IMG/VR virus record: IMGVR_UViG_3300005530_000005
From: an uncultured virus (IMG/VR IMGVR_UViG_3300005530_000005)
Taxonomy: Duplodnaviria > Heunggongvirae > Uroviricota > Caudoviricetes
DNA length: 64,000 nt
Strand: one strand, 5' to 3'
The translations under genes were made by a program, and so were the position numbers. Shown piece by piece: positions 21,344 to 31,194 of the stretch. The number at the start of each line of letters is the position of its first letter. The stretch's first letter is position 1. The notes beneath the pieces were generated by a model. That model was not told where the DNA came from. It searched no databases and saw only the letters and a program-made list of their open reading frames with translations.

Positions 21344-22207
21344 TTACGAATAAGGCTGCATAAAGCCTTGTGTCTGAGGATACTGTCTCGGCATCTGATG
21401 AATAGGATCAGGCTGAGCAGTCATAGCAGCAGAGGGGGCTGCAAACGGGGTCATCATGCCTCCGGGCATACCTCCTGCTGAATAGTCGTTAGTTGAATAA
21501 TTCGTGTCCATGAATCCGCCATCTGCCAGTTTAATTCGGGCACCACCAGTAGAGGCGTGCGTCAAAGACGTCCCGTTCTTGAGGGGTCCACGAATACCTG
21601 TATGAACAATGCCAGTATTGTGGGGAATCATTCCAGAAATTGGGGAGCCAAGTCCGACAGGCATAGACGTCGTATGTTTAAGAGCAAGCTGAGGACCGGA
21701 CAGTCCAATCTTTGGCAGGGCAAAACCTCCACCAGCATAACCACCTTCTGAATAGCTCTGATATCCGCCGTTTGAATAGCCATGCGGAACATGATCTGGA
21801 TGTCCCGGCGGAGCAAAGAAACCACCAGCGGCTGCACCTTCAGGCTTCTCCATACCTTCTTGCGGATTACCTTCATCATCACGAGGGACATGGGGGACGG
21901 GATTTCCTGCGCCTTTAATTAGACCAGACTGCGCCATCTGCAACATACCTTCTTTGGCCTTAGTAATAAGTTTCTGAAAGTGTGCCACGCCATAAAATTT
22001 TACCACATCGGCGGGCATAACAAATTCACCCTCGCTGAGCTTAGCAGGGATATCGTCTGCTACATTCTGAGGACTGGCCCCAATAGGCGGGGGATTTTTA
22101 GGATCAGGTGCGGGTGCTTGTGACGGAGAGGGCTGACCGCCATCTGCAAAATGCTGGAGCCGGTTCTGATTCTCTAGGGGCGTCCGATGAGGCATAAATA
22201 GTGACAT
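21344..22207 (-). CDS. Head-associated protein with repeated xxxGG motifs
   Basis: DDIPAKLSEGEFVMPADVV motif; FADGG, YSNGG, YSEGG, YAGGG, LADGG, YSAGG. Confidence 0.6.
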   Translation of the reverse strand: MSLFMPHRTPLENQNRLQHFADGGQPSPSQAPAPDPKNPPPIGASPQNVADDIPAKLSEGEFVMPADVVKFYGVAHFQKLITKAKEGMLQMAQSGLIKGAGNPVPHVPRDDEGNPQEGMEKPEGAAAGGFFAPPGHPDHVPHGYSNGGYQSYSEGGYAGGGFALPKIGLSGPQLALKHTTSMPVGLGSPISGMIPHNTGIVHTGIRGPLKNGTSLTHASTGGARIKLADGGFMDTNYSTNDYSAGGMPGGMMTPFAAPSAAMTAQPDPIHQMPRQYPQTQGFMQPYS

Positions 22208-22452
22208 TAAAATTCCCCTTTCATTGCCGCGTGGGCATCATCTTTAAGTGTTAAGAGGGCCTTTAGTTCTATGTACTGCCCCTGCAATTTAGCCATTCCG
22301 GCCACATCTGTTGCGTCTACTCTATGAAAGCACTCATTCAATTCTTTGATTTTATACATTGCATAGTCAGCAATGGCACTTCTAACTTCGGGATTATTTA
22401 CAACAGGACTTAAAATCCGTGCGGTTTCTTTATTAAGCTGTAACAACATCAC
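22207..22452 (-). CDS. Small protein downstream of portal
   Basis: ..KLQGQ..LKALLTLKD motif; typical position. Confidence 0.65.
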   Translation of the reverse strand: MMLLQLNKETARILSPVVNNPEVRSAIADYAMYKIKELNECFHRVDATDVAGMAKLQGQYIELKALLTLKDDAHAAMKGEF

Positions 22453-24608
22453 TAGCCTGCTCCTGTATTAGCCGAAAATCCTGGCATTCCAGGTTGAGGG
22501 GCATTACCAGGATTAGTCTGTCCGCCACCTGATCCAGCAGTGTCGTTTACATTAGCCCCTGGAGGCGCGGGAGACGCGCCTGGAGGGCCTGCTGGCGGAG
22601 TTCCTGTGCCACCGCCCGTACCACCTGGGGGAGTCATCATACCAGCAGCCTGCATGGTGTATGCTTGAAGCATAGCCTCATCTTGATTATTAGTACATTT
22701 GTCTTCATCCAGATCAAGAGACTTTGCAATCTCTCGAACAAGATAGGGCATCTTAGCATAGGGTGCAGTCATTGGATTTGAGACAGTTTGCAGGAAAGTC
22801 ATCAATCTCTGACTACGAACTTCATTCTGCATAAGGCTATCAGTACCACGAGCCCGGACATCAAGCTCATAATTAAGCTCGGCGTCGAAATTAAACTGCT
22901 GATTGAATGCGAAGAACGCCTCTCCGATGGGTCGGAGCAAGAAATCATCAATATTCTTAACAACAGTCTTGATATTACCCGATGCAGCGCCCATAAGCAT
23001 GGACATGCCAGAAGCAGTTCGTGTCATGCTCGAAATTCCCGTCTGGCCATGGCTGTATGAGGGGATACCTGTACTCTCATCGGCAAGTTCACGGAACTTA
23101 TCGAACATTTGCAGGTTTTCCTGGGCAATATTAGGAATATTAATGGCATTAATTGCCTGACCGGGGGCTCCAGCTACTCTACGGAAGATTTTACCCGGAG
23201 TAACAGCCATATCTTGCCCTGGAGCAAGCATGTTCTGGTCAACTTCAAGAATAACATTGCCTGAAAGAACAGAATTATCCACAGAAAGACGAGCAAAGCC
23301 ATTCATTAGGGTCTGAGTATCTTCCATGTTCTCGCCAATGCCAATACCAAAGATAGTATAGGGATTTAGCTCATATGGAACGATATAATAAGGGATGCGT
23401 TTAGGGATAAAAGGATTAAGAACAACCCTAAGAACGTGATTTCCACAAATCCATGCATTAATCTGCACCTGATCTTGCGTCTTTAGTTCATCTGGAATCT
23501 CAATGCCTGCTTCTTCTGCAATTTCTTTGTCGATCACGCCCCAAAACTCAAGGACTTCATACCTATTAACATTATAATTGATAGGATAATCCTTGATTTG
23601 GTCTTCCCACCACTGCTTTGTGTATTTAGGACCATCTTCAATGCATTTTTCAATAGCCTCGCCACGAAAAAAGGGCCGTCTCTTGAGGGCGCGAAGCATC
23701 TCACGGGTCATCTTGTGCCGCTCGATGATATAATCAGCATTCTCTTTTGAGGATGCATCAGGATCAGGATAGATATTCCAGAAAGATACCGCCTCTAGCT
23801 TGGGAATTGTCTTAGTAATAGGCGTATAGGTGCCGTCTTTATCCCACTTATCGTACTGAATATCGCAGGCCATCGGGCCTTTCATTACTCCAGTACCTAA
23901 TAGGACACACTCAAACACAGTAAAGCGAAGATGCTCAGATGCACTAGACTTATCTAGCTGATCGAGAATCTTCTTCTGCATCTTTTTAGCTGCAATAGCA
24001 GCAGGTTCCAGAGTAATAGAGCCAGGAAATGTACCAGGACCCGTGAGTACTTTAGCTTTATCTAGGCCAGCAGGAACAACTCCCATCATTGTTTCGAGAG
24101 TTGCGCCCGGAGGGATTACTTTATTATCCCCGATATAGCCGTAGGGATTATTATCTGGAGCCTGCCCGGTCGGGGCATCCGCATCTAGCTGATCGTTGGG
24201 AGGATCAATATGGACACTATCGACAATACCTTCTGGAAGAATACTCTGTTCAATAGAAATCGGGAATTGATTAGAGGCAAATAGAACATCAATTACCTGC
24301 CCGTAGGCCGCAAGAACTTTTGTCTTTGTAATCTTGATGAAAACACGACTCTTTTCGTCCTGTCTAAACAAAACCTCAGAGCCATAGATGCCACGGAAAT
24401 TTTGATATGCTTTAATGCATCGTTCTTCGTCCTTGCGCTTACCAAGGACTGCTCTATTCCATGCTTCTTTAATAAAGCCAAAGAGCCGATCTCTATTTAT
24501 AGATTGATCGGTCTCTTCGCCCTTAGAATTTGTGTCGGACAGACCCATCGTCTTCATGATGGATTCTGGCTTATTAATACTCTGTGTTATATCATCAAAA
24601 GAAGACAA
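22452..24608 (-). CDS. Portal protein
   Basis: EKSRVFIKITKTKVLAAYGQ..LGTGVMKGP..WNIYPDP..PYELNPYTIFGIG..ADESTGIPSYSHG..RTASGMSMLMGAA. Confidence 0.9.
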   Translation of the reverse strand: MSSFDDITQSINKPESIMKTMGLSDTNSKGEETDQSINRDRLFGFIKEAWNRAVLGKRKDEERCIKAYQNFRGIYGSEVLFRQDEKSRVFIKITKTKVLAAYGQVIDVLFASNQFPISIEQSILPEGIVDSVHIDPPNDQLDADAPTGQAPDNNPYGYIGDNKVIPPGATLETMMGVVPAGLDKAKVLTGPGTFPGSITLEPAAIAAKKMQKKILDQLDKSSASEHLRFTVFECVLLGTGVMKGPMACDIQYDKWDKDGTYTPITKTIPKLEAVSFWNIYPDPDASSKENADYIIERHKMTREMLRALKRRPFFRGEAIEKCIEDGPKYTKQWWEDQIKDYPINYNVNRYEVLEFWGVIDKEIAEEAGIEIPDELKTQDQVQINAWICGNHVLRVVLNPFIPKRIPYYIVPYELNPYTIFGIGIGENMEDTQTLMNGFARLSVDNSVLSGNVILEVDQNMLAPGQDMAVTPGKIFRRVAGAPGQAINAINIPNIAQENLQMFDKFRELADESTGIPSYSHGQTGISSMTRTASGMSMLMGAASGNIKTVVKNIDDFLLRPIGEAFFAFNQQFNFDAELNYELDVRARGTDSLMQNEVRSQRLMTFLQTVSNPMTAPYAKMPYLVREIAKSLDLDEDKCTNNQDEAMLQAYTMQAAGMMTPPGGTGGGTGTPPAGPPGASPAPPGANVNDTAGSGGGQTNPGNAPQPGMPGFSANTGAG

Positions 24609-24619
24609 AAATTTATTCC

Positions 24620-24880
24620 TTACTTGCCAGCATCAACCCGGTAATCAGTCTCTTTATCCGCCTTGTTAATCTTGCCCCAGGCACCTGTAGCGCCCGGATT
24701 TCCACTCTTTGCAGCATCACAGACCCACGGCCCATCCGAATTGATAGCAGTGAAGCTCTTGGCAACACTCTGCTTCTTTCCCGCAGCTTCATTAGCTGGC
24801 TTACTTTCATTAGTGCCCATCTGGCCCTTAATCCAGTTCTCGCCAAGATTCTTGTAGTGATGATCGAAAAATTCAGCCAT
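24620..24880 (-). CDS. Hypothetical protein
   Basis: Strong AAGGAG RBS; co-oriented with neighbours. Confidence 0.6.
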   Translation of the reverse strand: MAEFFDHHYKNLGENWIKGQMGTNESKPANEAAGKKQSVAKSFTAINSDGPWVCDAAKSGNPGATGAWGKINKADKETDYRVDAGK

Positions 24881-24889
24881 TTTATCTCC

Positions 24890-25348
24890 TTATGATCGCA
24901 TGTTCTGAAAATATTTAATTGGTACACCTAGCGCAGCAGGCTCATATGTTGGAACAAATGTCTGCGCGATAACTGCCGGAAAAGCTACATTAGTTGTATT
25001 TGGAATAAAGCTTGCCGGAGCCGAAGTGTCGTAAATAAACTGGCCTGCATTAAAAGTTAATTGGGATGCTGGCCCCATGTAGGCCGAAGGAGCAACAGAG
25101 CCCGCACAAACGAAAACATTTGAATTATCATAAATAACAAAATAAGGCACAGTGTAAAAAGTATTAGCGGGAATATTGCTGACGGGAAAAGATACCATCG
25201 TTAAATTATAATACACTGTTCCAGAATTATGCCATGTCGTATTGTCGAATGCGAGTCGTGCATAATTAGGCCAAAAATTTTCAGTTATGTTTGCGCCATC
25301 TATTGTAGGAGGCGTGGTACTAAGTCCAATAAAATTCGTTGTAGACAT
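24890..25348 (-). CDS. Hypothetical beta-rich protein
   Basis: Start overlaps the terminase stop codon. Confidence 0.6.
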   Translation of the reverse strand: MSTTNFIGLSTTPPTIDGANITENFWPNYARLAFDNTTWHNSGTVYYNLTMVSFPVSNIPANTFYTVPYFVIYDNSNVFVCAGSVAPSAYMGPASQLTFNAGQFIYDTSAPASFIPNTTNVAFPAVIAQTFVPTYEPAALGVPIKYFQNMRS

Positions 25349-27033
25349 TAGTAACCAAATACTCCATCAGAAGGTGCAAATTCCTCGTATATAGAGGGCC
25401 TGTTTAAAATCATAAAATCAGTTACAGCCGGAACTGGGCGAGACATGATGCCGTAGCGCAATGCATCATATAAGTGATCTTCACCCTTAGTGTCCACATC
25501 TTCAGGATTATTCTTGTCTAACTGAAGTAGCGGAATTTGTGCAATCAAATTTAAGCACGTATTAAAGATTACAATTCCTGGCTTCTGCGTCGTTTCATTA
25601 ACTTCTAAACGCCTATGAAGTTCATTCTTACCGTTAACCCGAGAACCTTTAGAACGATCTGCTGGACGCCAGGAGCATCCCACATTGGCCATCTGCTCTG
25701 CGATAGAAACTCCGATATCACCTTTATTGTGAAAGACAGAGCTATCCATTACGCCATAAGTAATGCCACCGTCCTCTTTCTCTAACTCAAGAACAAGCCT
25801 TCCAAACTTTTCAGCATTGAGTAGTCGAGTGTATAGTTCGCGATATACTACCAGCTGTCCTTCGGGATTGATGGCGAACCAAATGCACCCTGCGGCGCTG
25901 GAGTAACCGTAGTCACACGCACGGAACTTACGCCATGATGTGGGGATGTTAAAGGGCTTGCAGACATGAATTTCTCTGTTAAACTCACTGAACGCTGCTC
26001 CTTCTACAATATCCCATGAACCTTCAAGTAACTGCTTACGAAGATGCTCCGGCATAGAGAGCAAATTAGCTTCATACTTACCATCATCGTAAAGGGAAGG
26101 ATTGTCCTTCAATTTACCGGGAATGAATCGACGCTTGAAGAGAGGTCTACCGGCAAGCTTTTCATTAGGATGATTACTGGGCCAGAGAAGCTCTTTACCT
26201 GTTTCAATATCCGTGGCATTGAACGGTTGCCCCCAGGGAGCCGGGTCGATGAACATCTTCTTAACCCACGTGTGACCGGGACCGCCAGGGTTACTCGTCG
26301 CACGCTGATAGACTTGAAGATGTGCGGCAGTAGTACGGAGTCGAGAACGAAGATAATCCCAAGCATATGGGGTAGGATACTGTGTTAATTCGTCAACAGC
26401 TATATAGCTGAATGCCTGACCTTGATAGCGCAGAACGTCCGCATCACGCTCAAGATAGGTGAGCCACATTCTAGCACCAGATGGAAAAACCCATTCACTC
26501 TTTTGTGCATTCCACTTTGCAGAAGGATACACACGGGGGTAAAGCTCAAGGGTCTTTCCAATGATTTCACGAAGCTCGTCATTAGTACGACGAATGATTA
26601 GTCCAGTAAATCCACCATTGGGCGTATCTCGTAGAGCATCGGCAATAATGGCGTATGTCTTACCCGAACCTGCTGCACCACCATATAATACTTCCTGCTC
26701 AGGTGCGGCCAGAAAGAAGCTTTGAGGCCCCTCATGTGGCTTAAAGATTATTGGGGTATGGGTTAAGTCTACGCTCGCGAAGGGTGCGCTTTGGAGATCG
26801 TGGGACGAGACGAGGCTTGGGCGGTCTTCCAACAGGTCTTCCACTTTTTCCACCTGTCTTAACTTGCGTTCGTTTTCGCGCCTTCGCCTTTCGGTTACGG
26901 CTAAGTTTGCCTTTAGGCGAGTCTTTTGCTCCTTGAGGGCGACCGGATTCGCCTTTACCTTCGCGATAGGCTGCAATGGGCTTAGGACTTTCCGGGGAGG
27001 GGGCGGAGGGATATCTTGTATCAAAATCTTCAC
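25348..27033 (-). CDS. terL: Terminase large subunit
   Basis: Walker A YGGAAGSGKT, Walker B IAVDELTQ, ATSNPGG, nuclease ACDYG and EDHLYDALRY. Confidence 0.95.
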   Translation of the reverse strand: MKILIQDIPPPPPRKVLSPLQPIAKVKANPVALKEQKTRLKANLAVTERRRRENERKLRQVEKVEDLLEDRPSLVSSHDLQSAPFASVDLTHTPIIFKPHEGPQSFFLAAPEQEVLYGGAAGSGKTYAIIADALRDTPNGGFTGLIIRRTNDELREIIGKTLELYPRVYPSAKWNAQKSEWVFPSGARMWLTYLERDADVLRYQGQAFSYIAVDELTQYPTPYAWDYLRSRLRTTAAHLQVYQRATSNPGGPGHTWVKKMFIDPAPWGQPFNATDIETGKELLWPSNHPNEKLAGRPLFKRRFIPGKLKDNPSLYDDGKYEANLLSMPEHLRKQLLEGSWDIVEGAAFSEFNREIHVCKPFNIPTSWRKFRACDYGYSSAAGCIWFAINPEGQLVVYRELYTRLLNAEKFGRLVLELEKEDGGITYGVMDSSVFHNKGDIGVSIAEQMANVGCSWRPADRSKGSRVNGKNELHRRLEVNETTQKPGIVIFNTCLNLIAQIPLLQLDKNNPEDVDTKGEDHLYDALRYGIMSRPVPAVTDFMILNRPSIYEEFAPSDGVFGY

Positions 27034-27289
27034 GTTTAATTTTAAGCAGTGCTACATTACTAATAGAGCGTCCTGTAACTGCTGTTAGCCATTTGGCTAC
27101 TTCTCTATAAGAGGAAACTTCACAATACTCCAGAGCTTTCTTAAGTGCATCTAGTTGTTCTGGAATAGGTTCAATAAGCTGTGGGTCTAGTTCACAAGGC
27201 TTATAGCCCCAAGGAAGTTGTCCGGGGCGTTTAAGATAAAGGTAACTCATCTTTGCTTGGAAGGATAAATAATCCACCTTTTGTGTCAA
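26741..27289 (-). CDS. HTH-like DNA-binding protein; C-terminus overlaps terL
   Basis: LPWGYK..IPEQLDALKKA..SYREVAKWLTAVTGRSIS motif. Confidence 0.6.
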   Translation of the reverse strand: MTQKVDYLSFQAKMSYLYLKRPGQLPWGYKPCELDPQLIEPIPEQLDALKKALEYCEVSSYREVAKWLTAVTGRSISNVALLKIKREDFDTRYPSAPSPESPKPIAAYREGKGESGRPQGAKDSPKGKLSRNRKAKARKRTQVKTGGKSGRPVGRPPKPRLVPRSPKRTLRERRLNPYPNNL

Positions 27290-27608
27290 TAACTACTGTA
27301 TCGGTTTTGACAATATTAGTACGATCTAGAACTTGGACAATTGCAGCCAGCTTTAGTTTAGCATCCGGCGGCGATATTCCAGTGAGTAGACCACCAAGAG
27401 CCATAGCAGCCTTTGGGGCGTGCAATGCAAGTTCAGTCTTGGCACGGTCAATGATAGCATCTTTAAGTCCGCCAGCGAGAATGATCTCTAGCTTGGCATT
27501 CTTGGGATAGCCAGCAATCTTCTTAGCAACATCAAAGTCTCCCTTGGCTTCTCCAAATAGAGCTTCCAGTAGAGAGACTTGCATATCTGTTAGTTTGGTG
27601 TCGGCCAT
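27231..27608 (-). CDS. Putative terminase small subunit
   Basis: LTDMQ..LEALFGEAKGD..AKKIAGY..APKAA..VLDR..GGLFILPSK; upstream of terL. Confidence 0.6.
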   Translation of the reverse strand: MADTKLTDMQVSLLEALFGEAKGDFDVAKKIAGYPKNAKLEIILAGGLKDAIIDRAKTELALHAPKAAMALGGLLTGISPPDAKLKLAAIVQVLDRTNIVKTDTVVIDTKGGLFILPSKDELPLS

Positions 27609-28096
27609 TTACCATCTCTTAAGGTTTTAATATCCATGATTAGATGGATTCTATCTTCGTCTGATTTATTTATTACTTTATGTGGTAGAGTTTGATCAAA
27701 CCACCAAAGCTCCCCTTCTTTCATCTGAACAACTTCATCACCGCAATAAAAATCTACATCTTTAGATTTTAAAACGATGTGAAAACGATCATAATAAAAG
27801 CCACATGGGCCTGCATCTTTATGCTCAGGAATTTCAGAATTAGGAGGCATTCTAGCAATCATGCAACCACCCAATCTGGTTCCTTGCACATCGGCTATTG
27901 TTTGAAATATAAGGGGATGAAATTGAGAGAATATCCAGAATTCATCTGTTTCTAACATCTCTACATTAGCTGCGGGAGTTCCTTCTGGAACTATACCGTT
28001 TTTTCGCAGATATACATGATCAGAAATATTGCGGGACAGAGAACAAAGAAGATCATTGACAGGGATATTTCTTTTAATCAGCGCAAAATTATTCAG
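27590..28096 (-). CDS. Aspartyl/asparaginyl beta-hydroxylase-like 2OG-Fe(II) oxygenase
   Basis: IPEHKD..RFHIVL..GELWWFDQTLPHKVIN..DRIHLIMD; frame is open upstream to a CTG at 28096 (annotated ATG at 27958). Confidence 0.85.
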   Translation of the reverse strand: MNNFALIKRNIPVNDLLCSLSRNISDHVYLRKNGIVPEGTPAANVEMLETDEFWIFSQFHPLIFQTIADVQGTRLGGCMIARMPPNSEIPEHKDAGPCGFYYDRFHIVLKSKDVDFYCGDEVVQMKEGELWWFDQTLPHKVINKSDEDRIHLIMDIKTLRDGKWPTPN

Positions 28097-28098
28097 TT

Positions 28099-28236
28099 TT
28101 AAATCTTCTGAACAGGATGCTTCTTGCCACCCGAGAGTTTCTTGCTACCCTTTGACTTCTTTTCCTCGGCACCGATTGCCTCACCCTTACCAGAATAGGG
28201 CATCTTACCTTTACCAGCGTTCATAAGTTTCGCCAT
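28099..28236 (-). CDS. Small Lys/Gly-rich protein (45 aa; not in ORF track)
   Basis: Manual translation MAKLMNAGKGKMPYSGKGEAIGAEEKKSKGSKKLSGGKKHPVQKI. Confidence 0.65.
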   Translation of the reverse strand: MAKLMNAGKGKMPYSGKGEAIGAEEKKSKGSKKLSGGKKHPVQKI

Positions 28237-28237
28237 A

Positions 28238-28354
28238 TTACTTTCCCTTCTTAGGCTTCTTAGCTTTAGTTACAGTCTTCATCGCTTTCTTCATGAGCTT
28301 GGCATCTGATTTCTCATCAGCCTTCATAAAAGCTTTAAGTGGATTTTTAGCCAT
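28238..28354 (-). CDS. Small Lys-rich protein
   Basis: MAKNPLKAFMKADEKSDAKLMKKAMKTVTKAKKPKKGK with AAGGAG RBS. Confidence 0.65.
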   Translation of the reverse strand: MAKNPLKAFMKADEKSDAKLMKKAMKTVTKAKKPKKGK

Positions 28355-28364
28355 TCTATTCTCC

Positions 28365-30278
28365 TTAGCCGTAGCGCCAAACAGTGCCATCACAGAACAC
28401 AGGGACAAATGCCGAGCCACCACCAGTTAGCGTATTCATAAATGTGGGGGTGGCCGTAGAGGCGTCTGTAACGAACGTACGTGCGCCTTTAAGGGCAGCC
28501 GAGGCAGCAGGCAGGGAAGCCACTGCAACACCCGCAGCGCCTAGAATAGTGGGGCCTGATGTAGTAATAACGGCGGTGGCTGGAGTACCGCAACCAGTGG
28601 CAGAAATGATTGCGGTGGAACCTGCACCAATTTTGATTTCATTCGAAGTTCCAGACGCAGTGGAGTCAATAGAACTCGATGTACCGATGTATACGTTATT
28701 TGAGCCTGTGGTAAGTGTGGCTCCTGCAACCGAACGACCTACAATGGTGTTATTCGCACCAGATGTTATGGCTTGCCCCGTATACGCGCCAAGCAGAGTG
28801 TTATTTAGACCCGTCATGCTAGAGCTACCGGCCTGCCCACCAACTACAGTGGACGAGTCTGTGCCCCGCGCGCCATTTGAACCACCGCCATTAAAGCCGC
28901 CGATGATAACGGCGTTAGCAGAGTTAGTGGCATTAACACCGGCCTTATAGCCGATAATTACGTTCCCCGCGCCAGTAGTGATCGCACCACCAGCACTCGT
29001 GCCGACAAACACGTTCTGACTGCCTGTAGTAATTGAGCCACCAACAGAATGACCAATACCTACAACATCTGTTGCAGTGGTGAGCGTTTGTAGAGCCTGA
29101 TTACCGACAGCAACAATACGACCGACACTACGAAGTGACGTACTAGCAAGTGCCTGATTACCGACAGCAACAGTAGCAATTAGACCTGTAGTACCAAAGG
29201 TAGTGGCAACACCTCCGCTTACATAGGCGTTAGTGAATGTTGATCCCTGCAAGTCAATATGTGTGCCATCAATGACAGTGATAGTCCAAGTACCGTTAGC
29301 TTCTGTAGTACCTGCTACACCAGTAACGTAAGCAGTATCGCCAGTAACCATTCCAGTTGTAGTTGTAGTTAGACGAATAAGGCCCGAACCATTGTTAGCC
29401 GCGCCAGTAATAACTGGGTTATTAAATACGCCAGCAGCAGCAGACTCACCAATTGCGACGGTTGATGTAGTATTGAGGGCGAACTTCAGGGCGTCTGAGC
29501 CTACTGCCACAAGCGTGGTACCATTTACCATCCATTTACCAGCATCCGTGCCAACAAAAACCTGATGTGTACCATTGACTTCGTGACCGCCAGCATTATG
29601 ACCAACATAAGTATTAAAGTTACCAGAGGTAAGCTGTGTGCCTGAGCAATAACCAATTAAAGTGTTCTCGGCACCCGACATGCCCGTGCCACCGCCAAGG
29701 CCATCGCCAGTCTGCCCACCAGCACCGCCAACAAGTGGCCCATAGCCTACGTTACCGAGAGCAGCTACAATTTGGTTAAGGCCCGCGCGATAGCCCAGCA
29801 TCTGATTGCCATTAGGGCCTCCAGCAGTATTAGTTGGAGCAAAAGCGACATCCGAAACAATCGGACCCCAAAATAGGTTGAACTTAGCGCCAGTGCCTGA
29901 GCCAGTCGTGGAAACCTGCGAGACAGGGTTTGTTGGGGCTGTAGTCGCACTACCTCTAGAAGAAATCATGAAGCTAGTGATAACGCCACCACTAACGCCC
30001 GTCACGGCTACAACAACACCATTACCTAGAGTAATAAGGTCATTGACAGCATGTCCAGCACCACCAGAAGAAACATTAGCACTGCCCGCAGTGGTATCAA
30101 GAACGGCAAATGAAGGAGCCCAGCCATTCAAGGAAATGATACCAGTTAGGGTAGGAGCTACGATAGACTGGATCGTAGTCGTACCCAAGATGGTAACATC
30201 ACTCTCAAAAGTGACAGGTGTGGGGAAAGTGTTGTTGTTGTTCTGATATGGCAGAAAGGCATTTGACGGTACAGACAT
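28365..30278 (-). CDS. Tail fiber/spike-like protein with beta-roll repeats
   Basis: ~14-aa repeats NTxxGxxAG; inserted domain ITGAANNGSGLIRLT..EANGTWTITVID..IDLQGS; C-terminal VPVFCDGTVW. Confidence 0.75.
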   Translation of the reverse strand: MSVPSNAFLPYQNNNNTFPTPVTFESDVTILGTTTIQSIVAPTLTGIISLNGWAPSFAVLDTTAGSANVSSGGAGHAVNDLITLGNGVVVAVTGVSGGVITSFMISSRGSATTAPTNPVSQVSTTGSGTGAKFNLFWGPIVSDVAFAPTNTAGGPNGNQMLGYRAGLNQIVAALGNVGYGPLVGGAGGQTGDGLGGGTGMSGAENTLIGYCSGTQLTSGNFNTYVGHNAGGHEVNGTHQVFVGTDAGKWMVNGTTLVAVGSDALKFALNTTSTVAIGESAAAGVFNNPVITGAANNGSGLIRLTTTTTGMVTGDTAYVTGVAGTTEANGTWTITVIDGTHIDLQGSTFTNAYVSGGVATTFGTTGLIATVAVGNQALASTSLRSVGRIVAVGNQALQTLTTATDVVGIGHSVGGSITTGSQNVFVGTSAGGAITTGAGNVIIGYKAGVNATNSANAVIIGGFNGGGSNGARGTDSSTVVGGQAGSSSMTGLNNTLLGAYTGQAITSGANNTIVGRSVAGATLTTGSNNVYIGTSSSIDSTASGTSNEIKIGAGSTAIISATGCGTPATAVITTSGPTILGAAGVAVASLPAASAALKGARTFVTDASTATPTFMNTLTGGGSAFVPVFCDGTVWRYG

Positions 30279-30292
30279 ATATCTTACATTCC

Positions 30293-30544
30293 TTAAGTTA
30301 GATTATATACGGCAGTAACCGTAGCAGTTCCTGCAACAAATTTAGTCACCGCATATGGATAAACCGTGTCGTTAGTCGGCACAGTTACAACGATAGTCGA
30401 TCCATCTGCGAGTGTTAGAGTTACTGTGCCAGCACCAGAAGCAGTAATCTGTACTGCAAGTCCGGGAGCAGCAGTCACGTTGCTAGTTAGAGCAGCAGCA
30501 CTCTGGAAAGTCCTCAGAGTAGTTGCGCGAGAATTAGTTGCCAT
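30293..30544 (-). CDS. Small beta-rich virion protein
   Basis: GAGTVTLTLADGSTI..YPYAVTK; GGAG RBS. Confidence 0.6.
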   Translation of the reverse strand: MATNSRATTLRTFQSAAALTSNVTAAPGLAVQITASGAGTVTLTLADGSTIVVTVPTNDTVYPYAVTKFVAGTATVTAVYNLT

Positions 30545-30796
30545 ATTTCTTCTCCAGTTTGTCCATCACATCAAACACACGCTCGTACGCTCGGAGGACA
30601 TTTTCATTATTATAGACCATGGGCATTACAGAGATATACTCAATAAAGGTACTGCGAAGGTCTTCAAATGTAGTATCAGGAGAATCCATTGTCCATTAAC
30701 CTTTGCCAGTGTTTGTCTTCTCGACTCTTGCGCAACTCTTCTTTCTCTTCATAAGTAAGCTTGCGTCGCTTAGTCTTTATAACCTTCAGAGTGTCT

Positions 30797-31060
30797 TTAT
30801 ACTCTTTGCTGTCTTTGTATGTCTTGCCCATGCTTGTACTTTTTAATATACCAGTCACTGAAATAATACTCGTCAGGTAATAGTCCTTCCTCATACATCA
30901 TTTGCTTAACCTGTTCCAAAGGCATAGACACTCCGAATTTCTCTAAGATTAATGCTCGGGTGTAGTATATCGAGTGATGCTCTAGAACAGGAAGTACGAA
31001 AGGCTTACCGTCATATTGTGCTGCTTTAATGTTAGTATAAAGCTCATCTAATTTATTCAT
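30797..31060 (-). CDS. Hypothetical protein
   Basis: PVLEHHSIYYTRALI..QMMYEEGL; ATG at 31060 lies just downstream of the 31077-31104 promoter. Confidence 0.6.
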   Translation of the reverse strand: MNKLDELYTNIKAAQYDGKPFVLPVLEHHSIYYTRALILEKFGVSMPLEQVKQMMYEEGLLPDEYYFSDWYIKKYKHGQDIQRQQRV

Positions 31061-31076
31061 TATATTGGTCCTACTA

Positions 31077-31104
31077 ATTATACTGGGTTTTTTGATTTTG
31101 TCAA
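31077..31104 (-). promoter_or_regulatory. Promoter of packaging/structural operon (TTGACA-N16-TATAAT)
   Basis: Perfect hexamers; spacer ends in CAG. Confidence 0.75.
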
Positions 31105-31194
31105 TACTAATTTGTATTAACTCTACTTCCATAACATACTTTTATCAATTTGTCAATAGTAATACTGCATAGCTGGCATGATTATAAAAAGGAC

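Noticed and set aside
5419..30758. Plus-strand ORFs within the structural module (e.g. 5419, 14393, 28384, 29806)
   Set aside because: Antisense shadows of well-supported minus-strand genes, with no recognisable motifs.
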